Positions 62,680-64,000 of a DNA stretch of 64,000 nt are shown piece by piece. The notes beneath the pieces are model-generated. The model did not search any database. It saw only the letters and a program-made list of their open reading frames with translations, and had not been told where the DNA came from. Numbering within the stretch: the stretch's first letter is position 1; every line of letters starts with the position of its first letter. The translations under genes were made by a program, and so were the position numbers. The DNA comes from Octopus sinensis (Eukaryota): the NCBI RefSeq assembly GCF_006345805.1, contig NC_043003.1, forward strand, positions 48,732,001 through 48,796,000, given 5' to 3'.

Positions 62680-62888
62680 TTTATCTTTTACTTGCTTTAG
62701 TCATTAGACTGTGGCTATGTTGGGACACTGCCTTGAGGAATTTTAGTCAAACTCATCAATCCTAGTACTTATTTTCTTTTAAAGCCTGGTACTTATTCTC
62801 TCATTCACTTTTGCTGAACCACTAAGTTACAGAGACATAAATACACCAGCACAGGTCGTCAAGCAGTGGTGGAGGACCAACACAGACA

Positions 62889-62922
<34 letters not shown>

Positions 62923-63088
62923 CACAATGAGTTCTGTTCAGTTTCCTTCTCCCTAATCCATTCGCAAGGCTTCGTTGGACTGAGGCTATACCAGAAGACA
63001 CTTGCCCAAGGAGACATGCAGTGGAACTGAACCTGGAACCAAGTGGCTGGGAAGCAAACTTCTTACCACCCAGTCACGCCTGCACCTA
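62680..63088 (-). mobile_element. SINE family B
   Basis: Reverse-complement homology to 7893-8335. Confidence 0.85.
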
Positions 63089-63950
63089 GTTGTGTTTTAT
63101 TGTTTTTCTTTTTTCACAGAATGAGCAGAAAGTACGCAAATAGAAATTGTCTGTATCCTGAACTTGGCAATTAGCAACGTACCTGGAGGGGAATCATTCT
63201 AAGCCTTTGCATTGAAATCTTTCAGAAAATGAATAAATAAACAAACAACTATCACCATCACCATCAACATCATCATCATTTTTACATCTACTCTTCCATG
63301 TTGGTGTAGGTTTGTTGGACGGGGTTATTTTGAGGCAGTGTTTTAGAGCTGGGTGCCCTTCCTGGTGTCAACTCCTTTTAGCCGCTTCTTACAACATATA
63401 GGGATAGTGTAGCTACTCTAGAAACTAGGATACATACACATGCCATGCTCATGTATACACACACACACACACACATATACATGCATTTACACACTCACAT
63501 ACATGTACATACGTATAAATATAAATATGTGGAATTTACATCTTTATTGAAGTGATATTAAGTCATCTGGAAAATGACTATAACTAATTACTAGTGTCTA
63601 TCAATAATAACATTGATACGGTTGAACGACATAACAATCATTGTTAACAGCCGTTTCGCTTTTACTTATTTCTGCTCCTTCTTAACAAACAAGCAATTAA
63701 TATTATTAAATTAATTCCTCTATTTGTTTGAGATGTTTGTATATGTGTAATGGAGTATGAATACATATATAAATGTTTATAGGTGAAGGAATGGCTCTAT
63801 GGTAAGTAGCTTGCTTACGAACCACATGGTTCCGGATTTAGTCTCACTGTGTGGCACCTTGGGCAAGTGTCTTCTACTATAGCCTCAGACCAACCAAAGC
63901 CTTATGAGTGGATTTGGTAGATGGAAACTGAAAGAAGCCTGTCGTATATA

Positions 63951-63998
<48 letters not shown>

Positions 63999-64000
63999 AT

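Noticed and set aside
63090-63190. Coding exon after the strong acceptor TTTTTCACAG with an ATG
   Set aside because: The ATG frame stops after 17 codons and no good donor follows. It could be a non-coding exon but is unsupported.

Overview
Eukaryotic, AT-rich, repeat-dense genomic DNA. The SINE families, microsatellite load and LINE types point to a coleoid cephalopod, most likely Octopus (inference). Only one host protein-coding gene is supportable: a NUPR1/p8-family gene (35429-35674, +). Its CDS lies in one exon, followed by a probable ~11.5 kb 3'-UTR intron, and it has bZIP/E-box promoter motifs and a candidate ATF4 response element upstream. The rest is four tRNA-derived SINE families, a decayed RTE-clade LINE with a PHD-like finger inside its RT, fragments of Penelope-like, R4-like, CRE-like and piggyBac-like elements, hAT/mariner/Helitron non-autonomous elements, microsatellites, a 14-bp minisatellite with a 238-bp higher-order repeat, a tRNA-Asp 3' half, and several inverted duplications. 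The most notable hunt results are type I hammerhead ribozyme motifs (best at 52386-52479), an orphan CCAAT/E2F promoter-like segment at ~56.2 kb, and a CpG-decay domain suggesting germline gene-body methylation. Nearly all ORFs in the supplied track are microsatellite or SINE artefacts. Repeat boundaries were read by eye and are approximate.
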